Assembly: GCA_003161515.1 (NCBI GenBank)
Contig: PMOH01000316.1
Span: 1,210 to 65,209, forward strand
Source: Deltaproteobacteria bacterium
Lineage (GTDB): Bacteria; Desulfobacterota; Binatia; Binatales; Binataceae
Direction of reading: 5' to 3'
Length of the DNA stretch: 64,000 bases
The translations under genes were made by a program, and so were the position numbers. The number at the start of each line of letters is the position of its first letter. Within the stretch, counting starts at the first letter, position 1. Below are positions 47,957-57,614 of this stretch, in pieces. Under the pieces are notes generated by a model. The model saw only the letters and a list, made by a program, of their open reading frames with translations. It searched no databases and was not told the origin of the DNA.

Positions 47957-48064
47957 TCACCTCAGGATTAAAACAATGTAAGCGATTGCGACAAGCACAT
48001 ACACGAAGGCGATAATGACGCGTGTGCGCAGCGACAGATTGAATAAATGCAGCTTACCTATCAT
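47957..48064 (-). CDS. 35-aa membrane peptide (not in ORF track)
   Basis: MIGKLHLFNLSLRTRVIIAFVYVLVAIAYIVLILR; ATGA overlap. Confidence 0.5.
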   Translation of the reverse strand: MIGKLHLFNLSLRTRVIIAFVYVLVAIAYIVLILR

Positions 48065-48819
48065 CGCGTTGCGAATTCCTTCATTGCCGCACCTTCAAGC
48101 TCAACGACCTGTTCCAACCCGAGATTACCACGTAGCATCTCATACCGAAGAAACAGGATATAGGTCCGGAGAACGTTGTCGCCACAGTAACCAGCGATGA
48201 GCTCGAGCTCCCCGGCGTCCCAGTATTCCTGCACCAACGAGCCGTCGATCCCGCTTTTGGCCGGCCCTCCCAAGAATTGCATGATGAGGTCGAGCCCGCC
48301 GCGGCGCATATCCATGCGCACGGCGTCCATCAGGTCGATGTGACGCGTCGCGCGGTAGCGATCGCGCCCCTTGGCCATGTGCAGCGGCGCAGAGAGGCCC
48401 AGCTTCATCGCGTGGAGATCCAGGAGCGGCAGATCGTACCCTCGGCCGTTGAAACTGACCAAGCGGCCGTCGAAAGCCTCGTAGCGGCGCCAGAAATCCA
48501 GAACCAGGTCGTTCTCGACGGCCTTCGTTTCGATGCCCAACAGATTGAAGTTCCCGTCCACCTGGCCGTATGCGATCGCGATCGGTATGTGGCAGGCGAG
48601 CGGAGCCATCGGCGCGCGGCCGTTGGGCAGCCGGAAGCGCCCGAGGAATTCCTGGTACGCTGCAGCGTCGCGCTCCTCTTCCGTCGCGTCGCGGGTTTCG
48701 CCCTTATCTTGGTCGAACGCGAACCGGGTGAAATCGATGCCTTCGGTGAGCTGCGGGAAGGCTTGGCGGAGCAGGGATTTATTTACCCGAGCCTCTACAT
48801 CGAAAATTACGTGATTCAA
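48061..48819 (-). CDS. PolB-like 3'-5' exonuclease (DEDDy)
   Basis: FDVE, VSFNGRGYDLP, HIDLMD, YCGDNV. Confidence 0.85.
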   Translation of the reverse strand: MNHVIFDVEARVNKSLLRQAFPQLTEGIDFTRFAFDQDKGETRDATEEERDAAAYQEFLGRFRLPNGRAPMAPLACHIPIAIAYGQVDGNFNLLGIETKAVENDLVLDFWRRYEAFDGRLVSFNGRGYDLPLLDLHAMKLGLSAPLHMAKGRDRYRATRHIDLMDAVRMDMRRGGLDLIMQFLGGPAKSGIDGSLVQEYWDAGELELIAGYCGDNVLRTYILFLRYEMLRGNLGLEQVVELEGAAMKEFATR

Positions 48820-49010
48820 GATTTGTCCTCGATCAGCCGTTTTGGAGTAACATCGATCGAGGCGGGCTCCCTGATGCCGATGACGACGATAAATTTGGCC
48901 GACATAGGATCGGTCGCATCCACCTCGATCCGGTGCATCAGAGTGATCGGTAACTCGTCTTCTAAAAGTTGATGGATAGCCTCTCGTACATCAGCGATCG
49001 TGACAATCAT
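48816..49010 (-). CDS. hypothetical protein
   Basis: ATGA overlaps on both sides. Confidence 0.6.
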   Translation of the reverse strand: MIVTIADVREAIHQLLEDELPITLMHRIEVDATDPMSAKFIVVIGIREPASIDVTPKRLIEDKS

Positions 49011-49723
49011 CGCCGGTTCACCGGGGTCTTATCCTTGACGACGTTGATGCCGTCGATCTTGAGCTGACCCTGACTGAGTTGGAACGCGTCGTCGAGCGCC
49101 GATTGGTTGATGAGCAGCAGCGTCATTCGAAGCGCGGGGTTAGCCGCGATCGCGCGCACCGCCTTGTCGAAGTCCTCGACCTCACCCTTCCAGACCGTGC
49201 GATAGGAGATCCCTGGTGTCGACGTCACAGCCGGCGCCGAGACTTGGCGCATGGCCACGGGTGCTGGCTGGGCAGCGAGGTCCCGGGCGGCGGTTTCCTG
49301 TCCCGAGGCGCGTAGCTGAGTGACCTCCGCCTCGCGGGCGGCTTCCAAGGCGATCTGGACGTCCGGGTCGACCGCCGGCGCGGACGCGATCTCCTCGAGT
49401 TCGGTCCACCGCTTCATAATCTTGCGGCAGATTTCCCTGGTGTCGTCGATCGGGTTCAGGATCTTGTTTTCCTGAGCCACGGCCGCCTTCCATGCCGCGT
49501 GCGTGGTTTTCTTGACGTCGGCGCAGAATGCGACTGCCGCCGGGCGTAAGTCCTTGGCGAGCGTGTCGAGGTCGACCGCTTCGAGGTAGGTCTCGATATC
49601 GGGGTCCGCGGCGCGATCGCGGAGTGCTTCGGCCTGCCGGATCAGCTCGTTTGCCTGCAGGTCGACCTTGGGGGATTCGCCCGCGGCTGGAATCAGTTCA
49701 CGCTGCGACGCCGATGCGCTCAT
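49007..49723 (-). CDS. coiled-coil phage protein
   Basis: GISYRTVWKGEVEDF...IDGI C-terminus, a pattern common in phage recombination operons. Confidence 0.65.
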   Translation of the reverse strand: MSASASQRELIPAAGESPKVDLQANELIRQAEALRDRAADPDIETYLEAVDLDTLAKDLRPAAVAFCADVKKTTHAAWKAAVAQENKILNPIDDTREICRKIMKRWTELEEIASAPAVDPDVQIALEAAREAEVTQLRASGQETAARDLAAQPAPVAMRQVSAPAVTSTPGISYRTVWKGEVEDFDKAVRAIAANPALRMTLLLINQSALDDAFQLSQGQLKIDGINVVKDKTPVNRR

Positions 49724-49940
49724 ATCGATACCTATTCCTGACTTTGTAGTAAAAGAGCTGGCCCGGCTTTTTGAGCGTCATCAGTTCGCGGAACACCTGC
49801 TCAGGCACGTCGAAGTATTGATAGATCTCCGCCGGCTTGATGCCGTTCTTCGTTTCCTTGGCACGGAATTCTACTTCTAGCGTTCCTGCCTCCCACCCCA
49901 CGGATGCGAGGTCGCTACTTTCGACAGGTATGCGTTTCAT
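49698..49940 (-). CDS. KTSC domain protein
   Basis: PVESSDLASVGW...LEVEF...YQYFDVP...GQLF...VRNRY. Confidence 0.9.
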   Translation of the reverse strand: MKRIPVESSDLASVGWEAGTLEVEFRAKETKNGIKPAEIYQYFDVPEQVFRELMTLKKPGQLFYYKVRNRYRYERIGVAA

Positions 49941-49944
49941 TCTG

Positions 49945-50205
49945 TTAGTTACCCCCGATCAGGCGTTCAGGCTCATTTATACAATAGAGCGCTTCGGCGA
50001 GCATGGATTTCACTTGCTCGGGATCCGATTCATTTGGTACCCACAGATGGCTCACCTGCGTTTGCGCGTCCCATGCGAAAATTGCAAACACGCTTCCGTG
50101 CCCCAAACCTTTAACCAATACTTCGCCCGCTCGCTCAAGCGTCGCGTAGGTTTCTTGAATCCCTCGCTCGGTTGCGGCATCGTCCGGGATCTTAGTATCT
50201 GCCAT
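49945..50205 (-). CDS. hypothetical protein
   Basis: Overlapping operon gene. Confidence 0.55.
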   Translation of the reverse strand: MADTKIPDDAATERGIQETYATLERAGEVLVKGLGHGSVFAIFAWDAQTQVSHLWVPNESDPEQVKSMLAEALYCINEPERLIGGN

Positions 50206-50863
50206 CGCCGTATAACTCCTTCCTCGCGTACGAGGACTTTACGACCGCGCGGGCCCACTCGTAGTCGCGCACATCGTCCATCCATTCCAAACGCCCCGGC
50301 GAGCCGTCTTCCTTGAGATGCAGCGTCGCGCGCCGGTGCGCCTCCCCCCGCCACGGATAGACTTCGACTGGGAGATAAAGCACACCACGTCGATACAACG
50401 CAGTCTGCAACCGATGCCAACGCTCCTTCTCCCCGGTCTTGAGGTCCAGGACAACCAACCAGTCTTCGATAACGCACAAAAGATCGATCGTGCCGCAATA
50501 GCCGTCTTCGGGATTGAAGAAAATCTGTTCGATGAGCAGCGGCGTGATGCCATTCCGATCGACCGCGAGCTGGCACGACAGGACGAATCCCGCCCAAGCC
50601 GGTGCGCTGTGGAGGGAATCCCAGCGCAACCGGCCCTGTAGGAGCAAAGCGCACGCAGCGTGCACCCAATGCCCTCGGTAAGACAGCTCCTCGCCGCGGT
50701 TCTCGAAGCGCGGATCGCGCGCCGGGCGGTAGGCGAGGAAACTGTAATCGGACCAACCTTCATCGCTCAGAATCTGCGTCACTGACGGATATACAACCCG
50801 ATTGACCTTGTAAGTATGCGTCTCGGCGTCGAAATCGATCTTCATGTGGGCGGGTGTCCCCAT
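50192..50863 (-). CDS. PD-(D/E)XK exonuclease
   Basis: HTY...PSVTQIL, RG..VH, YCGTIDL...LDLKTG, LQTALY. Confidence 0.85.
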   Translation of the reverse strand: MGTPAHMKIDFDAETHTYKVNRVVYPSVTQILSDEGWSDYSFLAYRPARDPRFENRGEELSYRGHWVHAACALLLQGRLRWDSLHSAPAWAGFVLSCQLAVDRNGITPLLIEQIFFNPEDGYCGTIDLLCVIEDWLVVLDLKTGEKERWHRLQTALYRRGVLYLPVEVYPWRGEAHRRATLHLKEDGSPGRLEWMDDVRDYEWARAVVKSSYARKELYGDGRY

Positions 50864-50943
50864 ACCTATTGCACGGCCTTGGCCTACCCATCAGTACAGG
50901 CAGAGGTTGTTCAGACGCTCCATTAACACCCGCCACTCTTATT

Positions 50944-52356
50944 CTATTTTCCTGCTGCCAGCCGCGTCATCAGCGGCTCGAAAAACTTGATTTTCACAGA
51001 CGCGCTGATGTCGACGCCCGCGACATCTTTGATGATTTTCTTGATCGCACCGATCGCGAGACCGGCCTGCTGGCCCACGGTGAACAGTTGCTTCTGCTGC
51101 TCCTTGGAGATCAGCTTTTCGCCGTCGGCATCCGAGGCGGGCGCAGTCGCTTCCTGCTTAGGAGCTTCCTGTTTCGGAGGTTCCTGCTGCTTGGGCGGCT
51201 CGGCTTTTTTCAGTTCTGCTTTCGGCGCCTCGGCCTTTTCTTTCTCAGGTTCCGGCTTCGCTTCCGACACGCCCTTGTGGCTCTCGAAGATCGCACCCGC
51301 ACGCTCGATGAATTTCGGGAGCTGCCCGCGAGTTAGCTCGAAGGTCTCACCGACCTTGAACTCTTCGAGGATGCCCGCCACTTCAGCCTCGGTGAATCCA
51401 CCGAGCGCCTTCTGTGCGAGCGCGTCCTGCTCGGGCGAGATCTTGGCGTTGGGGTTCGGGCGGTCTTCCGCCAACTTCTCGTCCTTCTTGACCTTCTCGC
51501 CGGTCGCCTCGGGCATCGCGGGCCCGCGCGCCTCGACGCCGGCTTGCGCGGCTGCTTCCTCGTCGCTCAGAGAGCCAGCAGGCAGCAGGTCCGAGAAGAT
51601 CGATTCCTTCGTACTGAAACCGTCCTTGATGGCGTTGTACGCGCCCGCGAGGCGACGCAGCTCGGGTTCCTTGCAGGCTTCGAGATTATGTCCGACGAAC
51701 TTCACGAGCGATTCCTTGGGCACACCGATCACACCGAAGCGTTCGATCGCCTTCGCGATGCGCTCGCTCAAAGGTCCGGCGTTCCTCTGGATCGTCTTTT
51801 TGCACTCGTTCACCGCTTCGTCGACGATATCGCCGGGTATCGCGCGCAGGATGCACGCGCGCAGCCGACGCGATCCCAAGTTGGCGACCATCTCATAGAC
51901 ATCGCGCCCATCGCGCAGCGGCTTGCGGCCGTTCTTGGTATCACGGAAATGCGGCACGACGAACTTTACCGACCAGCGATTGTTCGTCTGGAGATCCCAG
52001 CAGAACGCTTCGACGTCGGACATATTCCCGTGCTGGGCGAGCTCCTGGATGCCGCTGGACATATTGCCCCAGTGGCGCGCGAGGACCTCGGCCAAGCGAA
52101 TCGACGGGCCCTCGATCTCCTCGTCGCCGCGGGGGTATGCGTACAGCGCGTCTTCGGCGAGCCCGAGACGGCGGCACTCCTCGAGGATATTGTCGCGCGC
52201 GACGGCAATCTCGCGCGGGAATCGGCGGGCCATCAGAATCTGACCTTGGACTTCGGCGATTGCGCGCTGCTCATCGGCGCCGGCCATTGCCGAGCGCTCG
52301 CCGCCGCGGTCCGGGTGGATTAGAACTCGATCGTTGCTGTTATCGGACTCAGCCAT
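50944..52356 (-). CDS. putative single-strand annealing/recombination protein
   Basis: ARRFPR...GPSIRLAE..ARHWGN...WDLQTN...RRLRACIL; adjacent to the exonuclease. Confidence 0.6.
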   Translation of the reverse strand: MAESDNSNDRVLIHPDRGGERSAMAGADEQRAIAEVQGQILMARRFPREIAVARDNILEECRRLGLAEDALYAYPRGDEEIEGPSIRLAEVLARHWGNMSSGIQELAQHGNMSDVEAFCWDLQTNNRWSVKFVVPHFRDTKNGRKPLRDGRDVYEMVANLGSRRLRACILRAIPGDIVDEAVNECKKTIQRNAGPLSERIAKAIERFGVIGVPKESLVKFVGHNLEACKEPELRRLAGAYNAIKDGFSTKESIFSDLLPAGSLSDEEAAAQAGVEARGPAMPEATGEKVKKDEKLAEDRPNPNAKISPEQDALAQKALGGFTEAEVAGILEEFKVGETFELTRGQLPKFIERAGAIFESHKGVSEAKPEPEKEKAEAPKAELKKAEPPKQQEPPKQEAPKQEATAPASDADGEKLISKEQQKQLFTVGQQAGLAIGAIKKIIKDVAGVDISASVKIKFFEPLMTRLAAGK

Positions 52357-52368
52357 CTTCCTCTCTCC

Positions 52369-54021
52369 CTAAGCGGCGTGCCGCTTCACGATAATGCTGT
52401 CTTTCATGCCCTCGACGGCCTTGAAACCATTCTTGCCGTCTTTGTAGAGAAACCCTTTGCCGACCAACTCGTTCAGCGGCGGATAGATGTTCGGCGGTGC
52501 CGTCGAGATCCCTCGCGTCTTGAGCAGACTCAGGGTAGCTCCGCCAGTCTGGAAGCTGTCGAAGAATCCTTCATGGATGAGCAGAGCGCAAGCACCGAGC
52601 AGGGTATCCGAGCGCGCCTCGATGGTATGGCGCTGGACCTCGATATGGATTTCCGACTTCGAAGTGATCAGCTTGAGGATGCCGGGCGCTTCCTGTGTGA
52701 GCCGCGCCTTGACCATCTGATAGATGCGCTCGTCGGTCGGCAGGTTGACGTACTTGTCGGCCACGGTGTCGCCGACCTTGAGCGCTGGCGCGGGCGCGAC
52801 GCGCTGCAGGTCGGCGACGATCTCGCGCATCGCGTCGATCTTTTCTTCGAGCCGCTTATTCTCTTCGCGCAGCAGCGCGTTGCTCGTATCGAGGGCCTTC
52901 GCCTCTGCTTCTGTCACGGTCGATTCCTCCTCGTCCAATTGCTCGTCGATGTGGGCCATCGCCGCCACGCTATCTCGTAGTTCATGCTCCTCGTTAAGAA
53001 AGAACGTCTTGGCCTTAACCGGCGGCTCCGGCAACGGCAGCCCGCCGACGGCTACTTCCTGCGCATGATCTTCATCCAGCCATGCCGGTTGCACGTAGAC
53101 TTTGTGGACCTCGCGCCCGAAGCACGCGAAGAATTCGCCCTTGCCGAGTTGCATCACGTCTTCCGCCTTCGGCTTTCCGACGCCAGCGGGGATATGCGAC
53201 AGCGTGCGCTTGACCTCGTTCATCTCGCGTTGCACGCCGAGAATCCACACCTGGCACTGGCGCACGATGTCTTTCTGTATTCCAGCGAGGTCCTGGCTGT
53301 CCAAGTACAAATAGTTTTTCGATGCGCCGCCCTTGCGAATCAGGCTCTCCGCCGCGAGCATCACCGGGCTGCTGCGCTTCTGCGGCAGCATTTCCCATGC
53401 TTCCGGGATGATCGAGATGACCTCGTTCTCGTTCTCGTAGATCCATTCGAGCACGGAGCGAATCACCAACGCTTGAACCTCCGTCGAGTACGCCGCCAGG
53501 TCCATCACGTTGAGGCCGGTCTCCAGTTTGAGGGTTTTCGTATAAGGCAGTCGATCGATCTGGGGGATGACGATCTTCAGATACTCCGAGAGCTGGAGAT
53601 ACATATCGGCTTCGAAGCCGCGTGCCTGCTTCTTCCCGGTGAGGCGCCTTTCGACATTGTTCAGCACACCGGCGAGATTACGCGCGCCACGCGAAGCCTT
53701 GATGATTGAAGCGCGGATGATGCGGTTCTTCTCCCGCATGGTTGCTTCGATGATGGATTCAACGAAGCGCCAATCAGCGCGTTCTTTGAAGTACGGGGGT
53801 AGGCGATGCCCTTCGAGCAACGACCCTTCCGCGCGCTTTGTAACGAATGCGATCGCCCTTCGACCAGAGCGAGCAATCAAACCTTCGAGTGTGGTCGTCT
53901 TGCCTGAGAGTTGGGTGGCACCTGTAACGACGGTATGGCCGACGGGTATCGCGACAGCCGTCCCGGTGCCAATCTCAAACCCGAGATGTATCCCCCAGAT
54001 CGATCGACTGCTAGCGACCAA
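52369..54021 (-). CDS. HerA/FtsK-like P-loop ATPase
   Basis: HTVVTGATQLSGKTT, IIPEAW, LIRKG...LDSQ. Confidence 0.75.
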   Translation of the reverse strand: MVASSRSIWGIHLGFEIGTGTAVAIPVGHTVVTGATQLSGKTTTLEGLIARSGRRAIAFVTKRAEGSLLEGHRLPPYFKERADWRFVESIIEATMREKNRIIRASIIKASRGARNLAGVLNNVERRLTGKKQARGFEADMYLQLSEYLKIVIPQIDRLPYTKTLKLETGLNVMDLAAYSTEVQALVIRSVLEWIYENENEVISIIPEAWEMLPQKRSSPVMLAAESLIRKGGASKNYLYLDSQDLAGIQKDIVRQCQVWILGVQREMNEVKRTLSHIPAGVGKPKAEDVMQLGKGEFFACFGREVHKVYVQPAWLDEDHAQEVAVGGLPLPEPPVKAKTFFLNEEHELRDSVAAMAHIDEQLDEEESTVTEAEAKALDTSNALLREENKRLEEKIDAMREIVADLQRVAPAPALKVGDTVADKYVNLPTDERIYQMVKARLTQEAPGILKLITSKSEIHIEVQRHTIEARSDTLLGACALLIHEGFFDSFQTGGATLSLLKTRGISTAPPNIYPPLNELVGKGFLYKDGKNGFKAVEGMKDSIIVKRHAA

Positions 54022-54175
54022 GGCTCAATCCTTGTTCCAGGAGCATCTCGATCGTCATTTTGACCGTGCGGCGATTCTCCCTCGCCACCTCGCGGATTTT
54101 TTCCATGAGCGCGCTATCTATCTTGACGCTCTCAGGTGCCCTCTCTAGGGGTTCTTGGGGTTTTACTTTAGCCAT
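54011..54175 (-). CDS. ribbon-helix-helix (Arc-like) regulator (not in ORF track)
   Basis: 54 aa: SVKIDSALMEKIREVARENRRTVKMTIEMLLEQGL. Confidence 0.7.
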   Translation of the reverse strand: MAKVKPQEPLERAPESVKIDSALMEKIREVARENRRTVKMTIEMLLEQGLSLGR

Positions 54176-54186
54176 TGCGAGTAGAA

Positions 54187-54230
54187 AATCTATATCGGTG
54201 GTAGACAGAAGTCAAGAGGTGAGTTATATA
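54187..54230. promoter_or_regulatory. overlapping divergent sigma70 promoters
   Basis: Minus strand TTGACT-N17-TAGATT; plus strand TAGACA-N17-TATATA. Confidence 0.6.
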
Positions 54231-54236
54231 TCCACC

Positions 54237-54455
54237 ATGACGCGCGACGAAGGACTCATCCATCAGCTCGCAGAGAGCATCATGTTCCGGCTGGTCCGAC
54301 ACCCGGAGAAGCTGCCGAAGGTGCTCATGTTCGAGACCGACAAGGCCGCCAAGATGTTCATGGATGAGATCCGTAGGATGGTGAGCGAGGCGGGGTTGCC
54401 TAAGGGAACCGTCGACGTCGTGGGAAAACTCGTCAGGAGGAGACCCGGGCATTGA
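54237..54455 (+). CDS. hypothetical protein (likely leaderless)
   Basis: ATG 6 nt after the -10 box. Confidence 0.6.
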   Translation: MTRDEGLIHQLAESIMFRLVRHPEKLPKVLMFETDKAAKMFMDEIRRMVSEAGLPKGTVDVVGKLVRRRPGH

Positions 54456-55183
54456 CGACACCCGAACTTGTAATGGCAGCAAGTGGCATTCTCTTCGGGG
54501 GCGGGGTGCTATTCGCGGAATTTCGACGACGTATAGTCGACGAGAAACAAGAATCTGCGGATAAGCTCGCGCACGTGAAGGAACTCAACGACGCAAAGTT
54601 AGAAGCGGCGAAAAATCATGCGAATCTGTCGGGCAAACTGGATATGGCGGCTCTCCTACAGAGTGTGCAGTTCCAGCACCTTCAAGGTGTCACCAAAACA
54701 GCCGCCGAATCGCCAGCAACCACCATCGAAGTAGCCAACAACACGATTCAATCCCTAAGCAACCAAGTCAAGGAATTGACGGAATACACTCGCCACGTCA
54801 CACATGATCAATTCCGTCGCTTTGGAGAAGCCGTCCCTAACATTTTGGCCCTAGAACGTGGCGACGGCCATGCATACTGGCGGGACTACGCTGGCGTTCG
54901 GATACTCTATTGCCACTACATCGAGTCGATTAACTATGCCCAAGAGCTGATGGGTTTATTCGGGGCCTCAGCGATCACGGTCACTAGTTGGGAAGACAAT
55001 AGCTACGAAGCACTTAATATTGCTGGCCTCAAATTGCTGATCGCCGATCCGGGCAACCCAACAGACAACAATGTCAAGACAATGGCGCTTCTTCGAGCAG
55101 CGGATATTCAATTTGAAGTCGAAAAGCGGGAGACGGACGCCCCCCTTATCTCAACGTTACGCGTCGGTCGGTGCGCGGGATGA
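54452..55183 (+). CDS. hypothetical protein with N-terminal TM and coiled coil
   Basis: GGAG SD, TTGA overlap. Confidence 0.65.
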   Translation: MTTPELVMAASGILFGGGVLFAEFRRRIVDEKQESADKLAHVKELNDAKLEAAKNHANLSGKLDMAALLQSVQFQHLQGVTKTAAESPATTIEVANNTIQSLSNQVKELTEYTRHVTHDQFRRFGEAVPNILALERGDGHAYWRDYAGVRILYCHYIESINYAQELMGLFGASAITVTSWEDNSYEALNIAGLKLLIADPGNPTDNNVKTMALLRAADIQFEVEKRETDAPLISTLRVGRCAG

Positions 55184-56028
55184 ACTATCAGCACCTTCGC
55201 GCACTCGTAGTCAACGACTACGCGATCAACAATCAGCGCTCGGATGTATTGAATGCCCGCCTGAAGCACCTCGACGACGCCTTCGCCTTGTCAACAGGCT
55301 CTATCTCGGCTGTGGATATCCAGTCATATACCGCCGGTAGATTAGCTCAAGGTACAGCCCCCGGAACCGTCAACCAAGAGTTAGCTGCGCTGCGCCGGAT
55401 GTTCAGTCTTGCGGTCAAACTCCGTCTGATCACTCTCGATCAAAAGCCTTGGATTCAACTTCTTCGCTTGCGCAACGCGCGCAAAGGCTTCTTCGAGAAA
55501 GACCAGTACGAGAGTGTCAAACGTGCTCTGCCAGAGCCGTATCGCCCGATCGTCACCACGATGTTCATCACGGGTTGGAGATGCCAAGAAGTTTTGTCCC
55601 GGCAGAAAAAGCATCTCGACCTAGCTAATGGATGGTTGCGGCTCGACCCAGGTGAGACCAAAAATGGCGAGGGCCGCGAGTTTCCGCTGACCCGCGATCT
55701 CCGCGCGTGTCTTACTCCGCAGCTCGCGGAAGTCAAGGCTTTTGAGCATCGCACGGGCAGGATCGTGCCGTGGCTTTTCCACAGGGACGGCGAGCGGATC
55801 TGTGGATTCAGGCGCGCTTGGGAGAACGCTTGCAAGCAGGCCGGCGTGCCGGGGCGGATGCTTCACGACTTCCGGAGAACAGCCGTTCGTAACATGGAGC
55901 GGAAAGGTGTCCCGCGCTCGGCCGCGATGAAGATGGTTGGAATGCTGACTGAGTCGATCTATCGTCGCTACGCGATCGTTGATGAGACTGTGCTGAAGGA
56001 GGCCGGCGCTAAGCTGGATGCATTATGA
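55180..56028 (+). CDS. tyrosine recombinase/integrase lacking the N-terminal arm-binding domain
   Basis: TVNQELAALRRMF, TGWRCQE, ETKNGEGR, HDFRR, YRRY. Confidence 0.92.
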   Translation: MNYQHLRALVVNDYAINNQRSDVLNARLKHLDDAFALSTGSISAVDIQSYTAGRLAQGTAPGTVNQELAALRRMFSLAVKLRLITLDQKPWIQLLRLRNARKGFFEKDQYESVKRALPEPYRPIVTTMFITGWRCQEVLSRQKKHLDLANGWLRLDPGETKNGEGREFPLTRDLRACLTPQLAEVKAFEHRTGRIVPWLFHRDGERICGFRRAWENACKQAGVPGRMLHDFRRTAVRNMERKGVPRSAAMKMVGMLTESIYRRYAIVDETVLKEAGAKLDAL

Positions 56029-56420
56029 TGGCCGAGGCTGACCACAGACTGCTGGCGACGCTGGCCTACCCTGAGTACAAGCCGGGGCAGATGTGCGAAG
56101 ATGTTATGGCTGCCCATCGGCACGAGCCTGTCATCTGCATGAAGCACAATAAGTCTTATCCCCACGAAATCCCGCCGCCTCCCGTAGACACCTATGAGGC
56201 GATGGGGCGGATCATCGCGGCGCTGTTCAAGCGGGGCCTCTACCTAAGCCCTAGTCGTCGTCATTTCCCGGTCTGGACCGGTGTCTGTCTCATGCAAATG
56301 GATAATGACTACCCAGAAGAGCCTGTATTGATCGTGCAGAAATCAATCACCAATTCCACTGACTTCATCGCCGCCGTCTGCGAGGCCGCGTTGCAGGTAC
56401 GGCGCAAGGAGCAGGTATGA
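56025..56420 (+). CDS. hypothetical protein
   Basis: ATGA overlaps. Confidence 0.6.
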   Translation: MMAEADHRLLATLAYPEYKPGQMCEDVMAAHRHEPVICMKHNKSYPHEIPPPPVDTYEAMGRIIAALFKRGLYLSPSRRHFPVWTGVCLMQMDNDYPEEPVLIVQKSITNSTDFIAAVCEAALQVRRKEQV

Positions 56421-56638
56421 ATAGTCATCACCCAAAAGGTTTACGATATACGATGACGATCCTACGGAGCGACGGCACCTACTGGGTCAAGGAGCATGTC
56501 AAACACGTTATCATCAAGCCGGGGTTCGTCGTGGTCTACGAGGGCGAGCATGGCGTGGATCGTGTGCAATCGTGGATACCGAACGAGAGGATCGATCACT
56601 TTACTCTCGAAGAGGAACGCAAGGAACAAAGTAAATGA
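56417..56638 (+). CDS. hypothetical protein
   Basis: ATGA overlaps, SD. Confidence 0.6.
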   Translation: MNSHHPKGLRYTMTILRSDGTYWVKEHVKHVIIKPGFVVVYEGEHGVDRVQSWIPNERIDHFTLEEERKEQSK

Positions 56639-57138
56639 GCGATTACACGAAAGACTTGATTGTAGAAGCTCGTGCTACCTGTGTCCGTGAGCATTCTAAG
56701 GAACCTCACCCCTGTCTGGAGCGGGCGTTGGCACTAGCCCTCGAAGCTGAGTCCGCGAAGGTGAAACGAGTGGAAGCGCTGCAAAAGCAAATGCACGATT
56801 GGAATGCCACCTCTGTAGGCGTCGTTTGGGTACGCGGTTTAGTAGATGTTTGCCTCGCCCCACCGAACAGCGGCGAGCAGGCAATGAGGTGTGAAGTCCT
56901 ACGCGGTTGTGTCGGAGATACAGGTCATTTCGGCGAGCACACGTTCGGGCCATCCACCCCTCCCGCACCCACTGAGGCCGCGACGCGGGAGCACCTAATC
57001 AAGAAAATCAATGCTATTGTCGATCCGTTCTTGTATCTACGGAATATCGACAATACGCGACCTATGGGCACCGGCTCTTGGGAACAGGTGGTCGTAGACT
57101 TAGCCGACGCCATCATCGCAGTAGCGAGGGCCAAATGA
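56635..57138 (+). CDS. hypothetical protein
   Basis: ATGA overlaps. Confidence 0.6.
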   Translation: MSDYTKDLIVEARATCVREHSKEPHPCLERALALALEAESAKVKRVEALQKQMHDWNATSVGVVWVRGLVDVCLAPPNSGEQAMRCEVLRGCVGDTGHFGEHTFGPSTPPAPTEAATREHLIKKINAIVDPFLYLRNIDNTRPMGTGSWEQVVVDLADAIIAVARAK

Positions 57139-57410
57139 GCCAGCTCCGCCGCGAAAGTCGAGAGGACGGTTTCAAGCCTTTCGAGCCTAAGCCCCTTCCC
57201 TCGTCGGCAGTTTTAGCCGCCGTCCGCATAGCTGGTGGCCCCGACAAAGTCGCTGAACTCCTAGGAGTACATCGAAGTCAGGTTTACCGATGGATAAGGG
57301 CGCGGACTATGGCGCGGGCGCGTTATCAGTACGTTGAGACGCTGGCGGATTTGTCCGGCGTCGATATGCGCCTACTAGGCGTGAAAGGCTTGACATCCGC
57401 GCGCGACTGA
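57135..57410 (+). CDS. Cro-like HTH protein
   Basis: AVRIAGGPDKVAELLGVHRSQVYRW. Confidence 0.8.
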   Translation: MSQLRRESREDGFKPFEPKPLPSSAVLAAVRIAGGPDKVAELLGVHRSQVYRWIRARTMARARYQYVETLADLSGVDMRLLGVKGLTSARD

Positions 57411-57417
57411 GTATCAT
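57390..57417 (+). promoter_or_regulatory. sigma70 promoter upstream of the replication genes
   Basis: TTGACA-N16-TATCAT. Confidence 0.55.
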
Positions 57418-57614
57418 CGCGGGCAGACTGGCTGATCCCCGGTCATAGGTTCGCGGCGCGCGGCCCGGCTCTGGTTTGTCTCAACCCCAAATCACCCGGC
57501 CGCGATGCCATAGGGTTGAAATGCGGAACGATTCAGACATAGACCCATCACGCGTCGAAAAATCATGGGGTAGTTGCGCCCGCGTGATCCGATCGTGGCG
57601 GAGAGGAGGCGGTG

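Noticed and set aside
50192..50863. Cas4 as part of a CRISPR system
   Set aside because: Lacks the Fe-S cysteines and any cas context; a typical phage PD-(D/E)XK exonuclease.
50987..54148. Long plus-strand ORFs (50987-51898, 51544-52323, 52984-53709) and similar antisense ORFs elsewhere
   Set aside because: Shadow frames of high-GC genes on the opposite strand, with no motifs or SD.
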